Source of the DNA: an uncultured Verrucomicrobiae bacterium
GTDB taxonomy: Bacteria > Verrucomicrobiota > Verrucomicrobiia > Limisphaerales > UBA11358
Direction of reading: 5' to 3'
Assembly: GCA_963708525.1 (NCBI GenBank)
Contig: CAVPTH010000006.1
Span: 194,775 to 258,774, forward strand
DNA: 64,000 nt
The notes beneath the pieces were generated by a model. That model did no database searches, was not told the origin of the DNA, and saw only the letters and a program-made list of their open reading frames with translations. The translations under genes were made by a program, and so were the position numbers. Within the stretch, counting starts at the first letter, position 1; every line of letters begins with the position of its first letter. Shown piece after piece: positions 24,617 through 35,143 of the stretch.

Positions 24617-24904
24617 TCAAAAATGCTCGTCGATTAAAAAACGCGCCCGCTCCCAATCCATGAGACCATTGGCAGGGACCGCCTGCACGCCCAGGTGAAA
24701 TCCGGTCTCATCTTCAAAACCGACCGGGACCCGGCGGTTGAGGGCAAGGCGAACCCTTCCGGCAACTTGAAGCAGCCAGTTTTCCAGGTTCTGCTCGGCG
24801 GGTTCACGCCCGGCAAACCTGCGATCCAACCGCGCCGGGCCGGCGACTGAAACCCGGTTTCGCAGTAGCTGACCGCCCGTTATCATGCTACCAACATGGC
24901 ACAT
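24617..24904 (-). CDS. Hypothetical protein (95 aa or shorter)
   Basis: The only non-overlapping ORF in a co-directional gene array between two peroxiredoxin genes. No recognisable motif. Confidence 0.35.
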   Translation of the reverse strand: MCHVGSMITGGQLLRNRVSVAGPARLDRRFAGREPAEQNLENWLLQVAGRVRLALNRRVPVGFEDETGFHLGVQAVPANGLMDWERARFLIDEHF

Positions 24905-24999
24905 ACCAAGAACTGGCCGCTAACCGGATATTGGCGGTCAATCAACAATTATTGTCGGTAGCCAACTCTCGCCGGGCTTGGGTGGTGGATCGAAAGAGT

Positions 25000-25473
25000 C
25001 TACAGCGCTGCGAGGACTTCGGCGGCGTGTTCGTCCGGCTTTACCTGTGGCCAGATTTTTTTGATCCGGCCGTCCGGGCCGATGAGGAAAGTTACCCGGT
25101 GGGTGCCCAGATATTTCCGCCCCATGAAACTCTTTTCACCCCACACACCATAGGCCGTGACGATTTGTTTGTCCTCGTCCGCCAGCAGGGTAAAGGGCAG
25201 CTTGAACTTTTCCACAAATTTGTCGTGCGACTTCACCGGGTCGGTGCTGACGCCGAGAACCACCGCGCCACGCTTCTTGAATTCGGCAAAATGGTCGCGG
25301 AACGCACACGCCTCCTTCGTACAACCGGGCGTGTCGTCCTTCGGGTAAAAATAGAGAATGACATTTTTCCCCTTGAGCTCCGAGAGCGCCACCCGGCCAC
25401 CGCCGTTCGTCGTTGCCGCGAAGTCCGGTGCGAGGTCGCCTTCCTTGAGCTTCAATTGAATTTCCTTCGCCAT
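25000..25473 (-). CDS. bcp: Thioredoxin-dependent peroxiredoxin Bcp
   Basis: Start MAKEIQLKLKEGD; GDLAPDF, VILYFYPKDDTPGCTKEACAFRD. Confidence 0.9.
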   Translation of the reverse strand: MAKEIQLKLKEGDLAPDFAATTNGGGRVALSELKGKNVILYFYPKDDTPGCTKEACAFRDHFAEFKKRGAVVLGVSTDPVKSHDKFVEKFKLPFTLLADEDKQIVTAYGVWGEKSFMGRKYLGTHRVTFLIGPDGRIKKIWPQVKPDEHAAEVLAAL

Positions 25474-25540
25474 AAATTTCAACCACAACTGAACACAAAT
25501 TTACACGAATGAAAATTAAAAACCGGCGTTAAAACCGGTT

Positions 25541-26140
25541 TCAGTCTGTATTTTCTTTTTTTGCCAAACTGGCGGGATGCGAACCGAGTTGTCTAATGCC
25601 GTCGAAGACATACAGCAACCCGGACACGCCGGTGAAGAGGGCCCCGCCCAGGCTCCAGGTTCTAAACCAGTAGACGTTCCAGTCATGGTCCCAACCCAGC
25701 AAAACCCAGATGACCGTGCCCATTTGTAGAACGGTGGCTATCTTGCCGGCGAGGCGCGGGCGTACGGCGACCTGGCCGACGGTGAGCCGGATGACCGCAA
25801 TTCCGATCAGGAGCAGCATATCACGACCGAGGACCGTACCGGTGAACCAGAGCGGGATCTGACCGAGATGCGGGCTGCGATTGAAACTCAACGTGACGAT
25901 GGCTGATACCAGCAGCAACTTGTCCGCGAGCGGATCCAGGATGGCGCCCAGCTCGCTTTTCTGATTGTATCGCCGGGCGATATAACCGTCTACGCCATCC
26001 AGAATGGCGGTCACGGCAAAAGAGAGCAACGCCAGGAGCCGGTGGATTTCATTGCCGGTCTGGAGATAGTAAATCAATTCGACAACGAAAAACGGAATTA
26101 ACAGGATCCGCAAAATGGTGATCTTGTTCGCCGTCGTCAT
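25541..26140 (-). CDS. pgsA: CDP-alcohol phosphatidyltransferase (PgsA-like)
   Basis: DGVDGYIARRYNQKSELGAILDPLADKLL is the CDP-alcohol phosphatidyltransferase signature; multiple TM helices. Confidence 0.8.
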   Translation of the reverse strand: MTTANKITILRILLIPFFVVELIYYLQTGNEIHRLLALLSFAVTAILDGVDGYIARRYNQKSELGAILDPLADKLLLVSAIVTLSFNRSPHLGQIPLWFTGTVLGRDMLLLIGIAVIRLTVGQVAVRPRLAGKIATVLQMGTVIWVLLGWDHDWNVYWFRTWSLGGALFTGVSGLLYVFDGIRQLGSHPASLAKKENTD

Positions 26141-26149
26141 TTAAGCAAA

Positions 26150-26190
26150 TTTTGAGTTTTAAGTTGACGCTTTCAACTCAAAACTCAAAA
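26150..26190. repeat. AT-rich 18-bp-arm hairpin between divergent pgsA and purE
   Basis: TTTTGAGTTTTAAGTTGA cgctt TCAACTCAAAACTCAAAA. A related half-site is at 24463..24490, and a related coding string (tcaaccctcaactctcaaccctcaact) occurs in glnS at ~27818-27845. Confidence 0.6.
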
Positions 26191-26216
26191 TTAAAAAATC
26201 AACATTGGTTCAACGC

Positions 26217-26717
26217 ATGAGCAATTCAAAATCCTCCCGGCCGCTGGTCGGCATCCTGATGGGCAGCGATTCGGACTGGCCGACCATGAAAGCGGCCGCC
26301 GATGTGCTGACCGAATTCGGCGTGGGAAGCGAAGCCAAAGTCATTTCCGCGCATCGCGATCCGCACGGGCTGGAAGCCTACGCCGGTGGCGCGGTTGAAC
26401 GCGGCCTCCGGGTCATCATCGCCGGCGCGGGAGGCGCGGCGCATTTGCCGGGCGTGACGGCGGCATTTACCACCCTGCCGGTCATCGGTGTGCCGATTGA
26501 AAGCAAATCGTTGAAAGGCCTTGATTCCCTGCTGTCTATCGTACAAATGCCGCCCGGCGTGCCGGTGGCCACGGTCGGCATCGGCGCCGCGAAAAATGCC
26601 GGGCTCCTGGCCGTCCAAATTCTGGCCGTCGGCGACGAACGCCTGCAAAAGGCGCTCGCTGGTTTCAAGCAGAAGCTCACCGAGGAATCCCGGGCGAAAA
26701 ACAAGAATTTATCGTAA
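26217..26717 (+). CDS. purE: 5-(carboxyamino)imidazole ribonucleotide mutase
   Basis: [49 protein letters not shown]. Confidence 0.9.
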   Translation: MSNSKSSRPLVGILMGSDSDWPTMKAAADVLTEFGVGSEAKVISAHRDPHGLEAYAGGAVERGLRVIIAGAGGAAHLPGVTAAFTTLPVIGVPIESKSLKGLDSLLSIVQMPPGVPVATVGIGAAKNAGLLAVQILAVGDERLQKALAGFKQKLTEESRAKNKNLS

Positions 26718-27445
26718 AGCGTTGAATGGTTAAAACGTTGAAGCGTTGGATTCGGTGTCGCGGTCTTTTCCGATTCAACGATTCAACCCAAAACCGCTTG
26801 ATGGAATCCAGAGGCAGCGTCTGCTTTTAAGGCGAGTTGTCAGGTAAACCTGTTCTCTCAAACCAGAAAAGCGTCTCCCGATCTGGTCGCAAATTCATTT
26901 AAGCGTAGGCCCTCTTCGACCGGAAAACTTTCACATCAAGCAAGTTACATAAGAGGACATCCGAAAGGACAATCCCCTCTCCCGCTTTCCCGGCATAAAG
27001 TTTGCTAACCCGACGACCCGGAACCGACCGGCCAAAATGGCTGGATAAAACCTAAACTACTACCGGGATATGACTGAATATTTTGTGAAACACACGGGCA
27101 AGCTGTTGTTTCCAAGCTCTGGCGCGCGACCAGCGCATGCGCCGAATGCGTATCATCCTCTTGGTTGTCTGCACCTGCCTGTTCAGCGCGGGCGGGTTGT
27201 CAGTGTGGATGATGTCCGCGACCAGCAGCCATAGCATTATTTGGCCTGAATTGTCGCTCTGGCAGAGATAGAGGTCCGCTTCAAGACAATTGACCGCGAC
27301 GGAAAAGGCAAAGCGCTCTGCGCGGGCTCAGCCCTTGGCCATGGTCCTGACCTGCGCCGACCCGGATTCTCCGTGCGGAAGGCATAGCCATTTCCAGTGG
27401 CGATTAGACAATTGCCGCTTCGTTTGTTAGCCTCCGCGCAGATTT

Positions 27446-29284
27446 ATGAGTCCGGAAAATAAAGACATGGCTCCGCCATCCGATTTCATTCGCGACATGG
27501 TCGGGAAACACGTTACTGAAAAGAAATATCCGCAGATTCACACCCGTTTTCCGCCGGAACCGAATGGTTATCTGCACATCGGTCACGCCAAGAGCATCTG
27601 CCTGAACTTCGGCATCGCGCGCGAGTTCGGCGGCGTCTGCAACCTTCGCATGGATGACACCAACCCGACCAAGGAAGACGTCGAGTACGTGGACTCCATC
27701 ACCGAGGACGTGAACTGGCTGATCGGCGGCTGGGCGAATACCAATCTCGGTCTGAAACCAAAAGGCAAAACCCCCGACACCATCACCAGCAACGGCAAAC
27801 CGGACTTTCAGCTCTGCCCCTCAACCCTCAACTCTCAACCCTCAACTGGCGCAGAGCCTTTTTACGCCTCCGACTATTTCGACCAGATTTACGAATATGC
27901 CGTCGCCCTCGTCACAAAGGGCAAGGCCTATGTCTGCGACCTGACGCCCGAAGAAACCGACGAGTATCGCCGGCACGCCAAGGAAAGTCCGTTCCGCAAC
28001 CGCAGCGTCGAGGAAAACCTGGATCTGTTCACCCGGATGAAGAATGGCGAGTTTCCCGACGGCAAACGGTCGCTCCGCGCCAAAATTGACATGGCTTCGC
28101 CGAACATCTGGATGCGCGATCCGCTGCTCTATCGCATTCGCCACGCCGAACATCATCATACCGGCGCCGAAATGGTGCATCTATCCGATGTACGATTTCG
28201 CCCATTGCTTGAGCGATTACATCGAAGGCATCACGCACAGCATTTGCACACTGGAATTCGAGGTGCATCGCCCGTTGTACGATTGGATTCTGGAGAATCT
28301 CGACCTGCCGCGTCCGCTGCCGCACCAGTACGAATTCGCCCGGCTGAGCCTCGGTTACACCGTCATGAGCAAGCGCAAGCTCATGCAGCTCGTGAACGAA
28401 AAGCTCGTCTCCGGCTGGGACGACCCGCGCATGCCGACCATCAGCGGCATCCGGCGTCGCGGCGTAACCCCGGAGGCCCTGCGGGCCTTTGCTTACAACA
28501 TCGGCATCACCAAATACAACGGCATCACCGACGTGGCCGTGCTCGAACATGCCATCCGCGAGGACCTGAACAAACGCGCTTTGCGCCGGCTGGCGGTGTT
28601 GCGCCCCGTTAAAGTTGTCATCACCAATTATCCTGAGGGCAAGACCGAGGAACTGGACGCCGTCAACAATCCCGAAGACCCGAATGCCGGCACGCGCAAA
28701 GTGCCGTTCAGCCGCGAGCTGTACATCGAACAGGACGATTTCAAGGAAGTGCCGCCGCCAAAATTTTTCCGCCTGAAACCCGGCGGCGAAGTCCGGCTAA
28801 AATACGCCTACATCATCAAATGCGACGAAGTGGTCAAGGACGCCGGCGGCAAGATTGTGGAATTGCGTTGCACCGCCGACCTGGACAGCAAGACCGGCGG
28901 AGCCACGGCGAACCGAAAAGTGAAAGGCACGATCCATTGGGTGAGCGCAGCGCACGCGGTTGATGCCGAGTGCGCCTCTACGACCGGCTGTTTACCGAAG
29001 CCGAGCCGGAAAAAGACGGGCGCGATTTCAAAGCCGTGCTTAACCCGCACTCGCTGGAGGTGGTGACCGCCAAATGCGAGCCGAGCCTGAAAGAGGCAAA
29101 GCCGGAACTCCGGTATCAGTTCGAGCGCCTCGCCTATTTCGCGTTGGATAAAGATTCATTGGTAGGGTCGTCTCGCCGAGACGACCGCAACGAACGGACG
29201 GCTGGGCCAGCCGTCCCTACCTTGATTTTCAATCGGACGATCACACTGAAAGACACCTGGGCGAAAGAAGCGCAGAAGGGATAA
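27446..29284 (+). CDS. glnS: Glutamine--tRNA ligase, three ORF pieces (two apparent frameshifts) and one in-frame REP insertion
   Basis: [16 protein letters not shown] (HIGH) is in ORF 27446..28612. [15 protein letters not shown] and VMSKRKL (KMSKS-type) are in ORF 28044..29066. The C-terminal RLYDRLF...[12 protein letters not shown]...[15 protein letters not shown] is in ORF 28970..29284. Frame breaks lie at ~28166-28172 and ~28970. Confidence 0.9.
29161..29221. repeat. REP (GGTAGGG...CCCTACC, two hairpins) translated in-frame within glnS
   Basis: GGTAGGGTCGTCTCGcCGAGACGACCgcaacgaaCGGACGGCTGGgCCAGCCGTCCCTACC. It encodes [21 protein letters not shown] (21 codons). Confidence 0.8.
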
Positions 29285-29404
29285 CTGATTCGACGAATTT
29301 GTCCTGACCCTTTGAGCGCGTTGTGGGGTTGCGTGCCAATGCTGTAGTCTTCTTCTGGTAACACCTTATAGCGGCCACAGTCAGAACGTGGAAACCTTCG
29401 GGAC

Positions 29405-29605
29405 ATGAAATTTATCCTTTGCTTTATTGGCGTCATCATCTTGCTCTCCACCTCCGGGTGTATTTTCCCGGTAGAGGGGGGAGGCCGGGGATACCATGGA
29501 GGCGGAGGTTATTCGGATCATGGCGACAATCACGGTGGAGACCATGACAACCATTATGGTGGAGACCATAGTGACAATGGTGGACACAACGACGACAATC
29601 ATTGA
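29405..29605 (+). CDS. Small lipoprotein with a His/Gly/Asp-rich tail (possible metal-binding)
   Basis: MKFILCFIGVIILLSTSGC (lipobox-like LSTSGC), then GGGRGYHGGGGYSDHGDNHGGDHDNHYGGDHSDNGGHNDDNH. Confidence 0.55.
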   Translation: MKFILCFIGVIILLSTSGCIFPVEGGGRGYHGGGGYSDHGDNHGGDHDNHYGGDHSDNGGHNDDNH

Positions 29606-29863
29606 TCCAAAGCACCAAGGGCTGAGCGCGTCGTAGAGTTCCGAATGATTTTAGACAGGATGACAGGATTTAGAGGGTGGTTTCTTGAATCCTACCCATC
29701 TTATGAATACTGCCGCAATCTTCGTTCGTGGCTGACTACTCATTTATAGAATTTGGCCTGACCTCGTGAACACCTTGCCGGAATTGCGTGTCAGCGTCAC
29801 TGGCACGTCACCCAGATTTTAGCTTTTAACCAACCGAAATGGGTGTAGTTTGGGTGTTGGTGT

Positions 29864-30837
29864 ATGAAACAAACCCGGCGTGAATTTGTTCGCGTTCTGT
29901 TCGTCGCTACGCAGGCGGCTGTGGTCGGCCGTTTCCTGCCGGATACACTGCGCGCTGCCGAGGTCACAGATGCCAAAGCCGCGGGTCTGAACTTTCTGGT
30001 TTTTGGTGATTGGGGACGGCATGGTGAAAAAGACCAGGTCGAGGTGGCCATGCAAATGGAAATCGCCGCGAACGCGAGCAAGCGCGCAATTCATCATTTC
30101 CGTCGGCGACAATTTTTATGAACATGGTGTGGCCTCGACCGAGGATCCCCAATGGCTGAAGACATTTGAAAACATCTATACCGCTCCGTCCTTGCAGGTT
30201 CCGTGGTACGTGGCCCTGGGCAACCACGATTATAAGGGCAATTGCGACGCGCAAATCGCTTACAGTCAACTGAGCAAACGCTGGAACATGCCCGCGCGTT
30301 ATTTCACGGTGACCCGGCAGATGGATTCGGCCACGGCGGTGGATTTTTTCTACCTGGACACGACACCGATGGTGAAGGAGTTATTGGCACGAACCCGGTT
30401 ATCGCGAACATGTCCGCACGCAGGACGTTCCCAAGCAACTGGCGTGGTTCAAGGCCGCCCTGGCCGCATCGACCGCGCCATGGAAAATTGTCATCGGGCA
30501 TCACCCCATTTATTCCGGCGGCGGCATCCTCGGCCACGGTGACACGCGGGAACTGATCGCCGACGTTCTGCCGCTGCTCAAGCAGTATCAGGTTCAGGCC
30601 TACTTCAACGGTCACGACCACAATCTGCAGCATCTGCAGGTCGGGGCGGTGAACTTGTTTGATTCCGGCGCCGGTTCGCGCGCCCGGCCTGTGTTCAAGA
30701 CCCGGTACACCCAATTTGCCAAAGCCTGCTCCGGCTTCACCACCGTGTCATTACAACCCGACACGATGAAAGTGCGATTGATTGATTATCGGGGAACAGT
30801 CCTTTACACCGCCGCCATTCCGCGCTCGACAGGATAA
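29864..30837 (+). CDS. Purple acid phosphatase / type-5 acid phosphatase-like metallophosphoesterase with a Tat-like signal; two apparent frameshifts
   Basis: MKQTRREFVRVLF.., FLVFGDWGR, SVGDNFY, ALGNHDY, IGHHPIYS, NGHDHNLQH are spread over three frames (ORFs 29864..30121, 30003..30542, 30649..30837). Frame breaks lie at ~30075-30090 and ~30381. Confidence 0.75.
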
Positions 30838-30937
30838 GCAAGGTCAAGTCGCCGGATGTCAGCATGCGTCCATGCACGAGACCTCTTGATGTTGAGTTTT
30901 TATTGACAACCCACGCGCTTTCTTTGATACGAACCCC

Positions 30938-33136
30938 ATGAAACGCCGGATGTCCTCGATATCATCGCTGACTTTGCTATTTGCGGCGGGAGGTTGCGCC
31001 ATCATGGTGGCTGGCTGCCATAAGGCCGCGCCCGCCACTTCGGTAAAGAACCCCATTCCGGTGGTTTCAACCAATGTGCTGGTGCAGTACCGGTATGAAT
31101 GGAATTACAAAACCCTGGTGGAACCCTATGGACAGGCGGGTCATACCAGCCCGAAATGGGACGAACCGGCCCAACGCGCTTTGACCGAATTCGCCCGCGT
31201 CCGGGCCGGGTGCCTGGCTACAAATGAAAATTCAGCAGACATCATTGCCTCGAATTGTACGACCGCAGTAGACGCCGGATGCGATGACCCACTGGTCAAA
31301 TATCTTTTCATCCGATACTCGCTCAGTCAGACCAACAATGCCAAGGTATTCACGGAGGCATATTGCCAGGTGGCAAAGGACATCCAGGACAGCGCGTACC
31401 CTCCGGTTCGAAAATTTTACGCGGCAGCACGGGCTTTGGACCAGATTCTTTACACTTACGGCACCAATACTTCCAGTCAGTCGGCCTGGGGAGAAATGAC
31501 ACCATTTATTGGCCCAAACGTTCAGGCCGCCCTTAGCGACAAAACCATGCCTGCCCGAGAAGCGTACGAGATTGCCAAACAAGCTCTCCAGTTGGTCAGC
31601 GGCGACACCAAAGGATATGAACAAGCCTACAATTGCGTTGAACAACCACTCACCAATAACTGGCCCGACGATTACACCACCCCGCTGTTGAAAGGCACCG
31701 CGTACATCCAGTTGGCCTGGCTCGCACGCGGCAATGGGTATGCCAATACCGTCAGCGAGCAAGGGTGGAAGCTTTTTAATGAACGACTTGCCACGGCGCA
31801 AGCGGCCCTGGAACACGCCTGGGAATTGAATCCCAAAGACCCGGAAATTGCCCATCAGATGATGACGGTGATGTTGGGGCAAGGTGGCGAGCGGGCTCAA
31901 ATGGAACTGTGGTTTAATCGAGCGATGGCACTCAATCCTGACGATTACGAAGCCTGTTCCAAGAAACTCTACTACCTGGAGCCCAAATGGTATGGTTCGG
32001 AAGATGATTTGTTGACTTTCGGCTGGGAATGCTCGGAGTCAAAGGCATGGGGCGGGAAGGTGCCTTTGATTCTGCTGGACGCCCATGAAGCCATCTATCG
32101 TTATCTCAACGATTCGGAGAAGACCAACTACTGGAAGCAGCCCGACGTCTGGCTCGATATCCAGTCGGCATTTGACCGCTTTTTCACCCTCAATCCTGAT
32201 GCAACCGGTTGGTACCATAATTACGCGTGGTATGCGTATCATTGTGAACGGTGGCAAAAACTCAATCAATTGATCCCTAAACTCGACCCGGTCAATTACA
32301 GCTATTTTGGAGGTAAACCAGCTTTTGATAAAATGGTGAGTCAGGCCCGGGAACACGCCGGTGACACTAATCCCGAAACGCTTACTCCGGCGCTGGAATT
32401 CAAACGGTTGCTGGCAAGAATTCGAGGCGAAGTGAATGAAGGCAAAACGAACGAAGCTGATTACAAAGATGAATTTAAAGCGCTCGATGCCCTCCTGGCC
32501 AAACAAAAAGACGAAAAGACCAATTTTGCAGCGCAAATCCTTTTTACCGAGGCTGCCTTGTACCTGCAATTATTCAATGATTTCGATAAGAGCACGCAAC
32601 TCATCAAGCAACTCAAAGCCGATTTTCCCGGCACCAAACAGGCCCTGGCCGCCGATCAGTTCCTGGCCCAAATTCAAAAACAGAACGAGGCGAAGAAAAT
32701 CAATGATGCGCTGTCCATCGGAACCCCTTTTCCCGATTTCAATGAGAAAGATCTGGCCGGACACCCCCTCTCCATTGCCAATCTCAAAAGCAAGGTGGTA
32801 CTGGTTGATTTTTGGGCGACCTGGTGTGGGCCTTGCGTAGCGGAAATGCCGAATGTTGTCGCAACCTACGACAAGTATCACGACCGAGGCTTCGATATCG
32901 TTGGCATCAGTCTCGATGAGGATCAGGCAAAACTGACTGCCTTTATCAAGGAAAAGAATATCATCTGGCCACAGTATTTCGATGGCCAGGGTTGGAGCAA
33001 TAAACTCGCCTTAAAATGTGGGATTGAAAGCATCCCGGCGACTTTCTTGCTGGATGGCAATGGGAAAATTATCGGCAAGGATTTACGAGGTGAACAATTG
33101 GTGCAAGCCGTAGGCAAGGCGGTGACCAACAATTGA
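30938..33136 (+). CDS. Lipoprotein with a large helical (TPR-like) N-terminal region and a C-terminal TlpA-like thioredoxin domain
   Basis: Signal/lipobox LLFAAGGC. The C-terminal part has KVVLVDFWATWCGPCVAEMPNV...GFDIVGISLDED...WPQYFDGQGW. Confidence 0.8.
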   Translation: MKRRMSSISSLTLLFAAGGCAIMVAGCHKAAPATSVKNPIPVVSTNVLVQYRYEWNYKTLVEPYGQAGHTSPKWDEPAQRALTEFARVRAGCLATNENSADIIASNCTTAVDAGCDDPLVKYLFIRYSLSQTNNAKVFTEAYCQVAKDIQDSAYPPVRKFYAAARALDQILYTYGTNTSSQSAWGEMTPFIGPNVQAALSDKTMPAREAYEIAKQALQLVSGDTKGYEQAYNCVEQPLTNNWPDDYTTPLLKGTAYIQLAWLARGNGYANTVSEQGWKLFNERLATAQAALEHAWELNPKDPEIAHQMMTVMLGQGGERAQMELWFNRAMALNPDDYEACSKKLYYLEPKWYGSEDDLLTFGWECSESKAWGGKVPLILLDAHEAIYRYLNDSEKTNYWKQPDVWLDIQSAFDRFFTLNPDATGWYHNYAWYAYHCERWQKLNQLIPKLDPVNYSYFGGKPAFDKMVSQAREHAGDTNPETLTPALEFKRLLARIRGEVNEGKTNEADYKDEFKALDALLAKQKDEKTNFAAQILFTEAALYLQLFNDFDKSTQLIKQLKADFPGTKQALAADQFLAQIQKQNEAKKINDALSIGTPFPDFNEKDLAGHPLSIANLKSKVVLVDFWATWCGPCVAEMPNVVATYDKYHDRGFDIVGISLDEDQAKLTAFIKEKNIIWPQYFDGQGWSNKLALKCGIESIPATFLLDGNGKIIGKDLRGEQLVQAVGKAVTNN

Positions 33137-33462
33137 ATTGCCTCGCCGTGCTGAAGATTTCCGCAAAACCTATCTTGAGCCTTCACGCCTTCGCGCTGAA
33201 AGATTCTCTCGGGCAGTGAACTCTTTATAAACCACCCGCCCTTCCCTGATGAATCAACTCTGCGGAACGCGGCCCCGTGATTCTTGTTCTTCGAATCCCA
33301 AGTGTTTTTGTCGGATTGCCTAGGGCGTGTGGACCATGATTCGTCCGGCACCGATGAGTACCTGCTGACTTCGCCACCCGTCTGAAATTCTTGACGGGTT
33401 TGGGCTTGAGCCGGTTCGGGAATGGTGGTTAATTGGGGTCATCGAACGGAAAGTTTTCACTT

Positions 33463-34347
33463 ATGAAAAAAGTGATCTTCGCGCTCTTCATGCTCGCGGC
33501 CGCGGCAACCTTCGGCCAGGGCGGACCGGCGCCGGTTCAGGAAACATCGGCCAAAACGGCGGCCGGTAAAGACAAGTACGTTGATTTTACGCAGGAACTG
33601 GAGGCGGTAACGACGCAGTTGAAAGCGAAGTTCGACGCCGGTACGACATCAGAGGAGGATTTGCACGAAAACCTCGTGGCCATCAACAGTCTTATTCAAA
33701 AATACCTGCACGACGGCAATCGGGAGCAGGTGGCGCGGCTTTATCTGCTGGACGCGCATATTTATGCGGATGGCTTGAAAAAAACCGACCGGGCGCGGGC
33801 CATCTGGTTGCAAGTGGAACGGGATTTTCCCGGCACACTTGCGGCCAAGGGTGCGGCCATTTCCATAGTCAAGCTGGACGCCCAGGCCGCCACCGAGCCC
33901 GACCCGAGTATTCCCGTGGGCCTGGAAGTGGGCCAACGGTTTCCCGACTTTAGCGGAACGGATTTCCAGGGACAGCCATTATCGCTGGCCGCCCACCGCG
34001 GCCGGGTGACCATGATCGACTTCTGGGCGACCTGGTGCGGGCCGTGCCGGGAAGAACTGCCAAATGTGATCGCCACGTATAACCGGCATTACCAGCAGGG
34101 GTTCGATATCATCGGGGTCAGCCTGGATGAAGACAAGTATGCCCTGGCGGCGTTCACGCGCGCCCGGGGTATTGTGTGGCCGCAATACTTCGACGGCGGC
34201 GGCTGGAACAACAAACTGGCCAAGAAATACAACATCGACAGCATCCCCATGGATTATTTGCTGGACCGGCACGGAATCATCATCGGCAAAGGATTGCGCG
34301 GTGAAGACCTGGAAGCAGCCGTTGCCAAAGCGGTGACCGTTTACTGA
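33463..34347 (+). CDS. TlpA-family thiol:disulfide oxidoreductase with an N-terminal helical domain
   Basis: Start MKKVIFALFMLAAAATFG (internal ATG of ORF 33433..34347); VTMIDFWATWCGPCREELPNV...GFDIIGVSLDED...WPQYFDGGGW. Confidence 0.8.
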   Translation: MKKVIFALFMLAAAATFGQGGPAPVQETSAKTAAGKDKYVDFTQELEAVTTQLKAKFDAGTTSEEDLHENLVAINSLIQKYLHDGNREQVARLYLLDAHIYADGLKKTDRARAIWLQVERDFPGTLAAKGAAISIVKLDAQAATEPDPSIPVGLEVGQRFPDFSGTDFQGQPLSLAAHRGRVTMIDFWATWCGPCREELPNVIATYNRHYQQGFDIIGVSLDEDKYALAAFTRARGIVWPQYFDGGGWNNKLAKKYNIDSIPMDYLLDRHGIIIGKGLRGEDLEAAVAKAVTVY

Positions 34348-34433
34348 ATCAGTCGCTGATATCAGTTTGGACCTCCCTGTCCGAAAACCCTCGCCTTAAC
34401 ACACCAAATTCTTTCCCACGAATTGCAGGGCAC

Positions 34434-34874
34434 TTAATGAGCCGGCGGATGGTTGATGTTCAACCAGTAGGCCCCGATGTCGCCGACCACCTGCGCAAAT
34501 TGGGCGGAGTCGGCAGGTTTCATGACGTAGCTGTTCACCCCCAACCGGTAGCTTTCAATCAAATCAATGTCACGTTGGGACGCAGTAAATACGACCACCG
34601 GGATGGTTTTCGTGTTTTCTTCCGCCTTGATTTGCCGGAGCACATCCAGCCCGCTGACGGTCTTGAGTTTCAAATCCAGCAGAATGACTTTGGGAACGTG
34701 CATGTCGCTCCAACTGGCGAACATGCCGCTTTGGGAAATAAAATCCATCGCTTCATATCCGTCCAGCACGTGGACCACGTTGGTCGAGATATGGCGTTGT
34801 CGCAATGCCTCCAATACCAGTTCCGCATCTTTGGCATCGTCTTCCACCAACAAAATGTCCACCAGTTTCTGCAT
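34434..34874 (-). CDS. Single-domain response regulator (Rcp1-like REC)
   Basis: ILLVEDDAKDAEL..., VILLDLKLKTVSG, IPVVVFTAS, YVMKP. Confidence 0.85.
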   Translation of the reverse strand: MQKLVDILLVEDDAKDAELVLEALRQRHISTNVVHVLDGYEAMDFISQSGMFASWSDMHVPKVILLDLKLKTVSGLDVLRQIKAEENTKTIPVVVFTASQRDIDLIESYRLGVNSYVMKPADSAQFAQVVGDIGAYWLNINHPPAH

Positions 34875-35143
34875 GGCAGCTTAAAATACCGGTCCAGGAC
34901 CGGTCTCCCCACTCGTCGGACTCGCCGCTTCTTGTGGACAACGCTGAGGGACGGGCAACTCTCCCGTGCAACCAATGCCCATGACCAAGGGACTTGGCGA
35001 GAAAAATAATGTCATTTTTGTTGTGGCTGAAAACCGCCACTGGCCGTCGGTAAATTCATGACCTCCAAAAATGGCCGGCCGGCGGCCAAATGACCCGATC
35101 GGGGCTTGTGTCCACCGGGAAACTTTGCCAGACATTATAAGTC

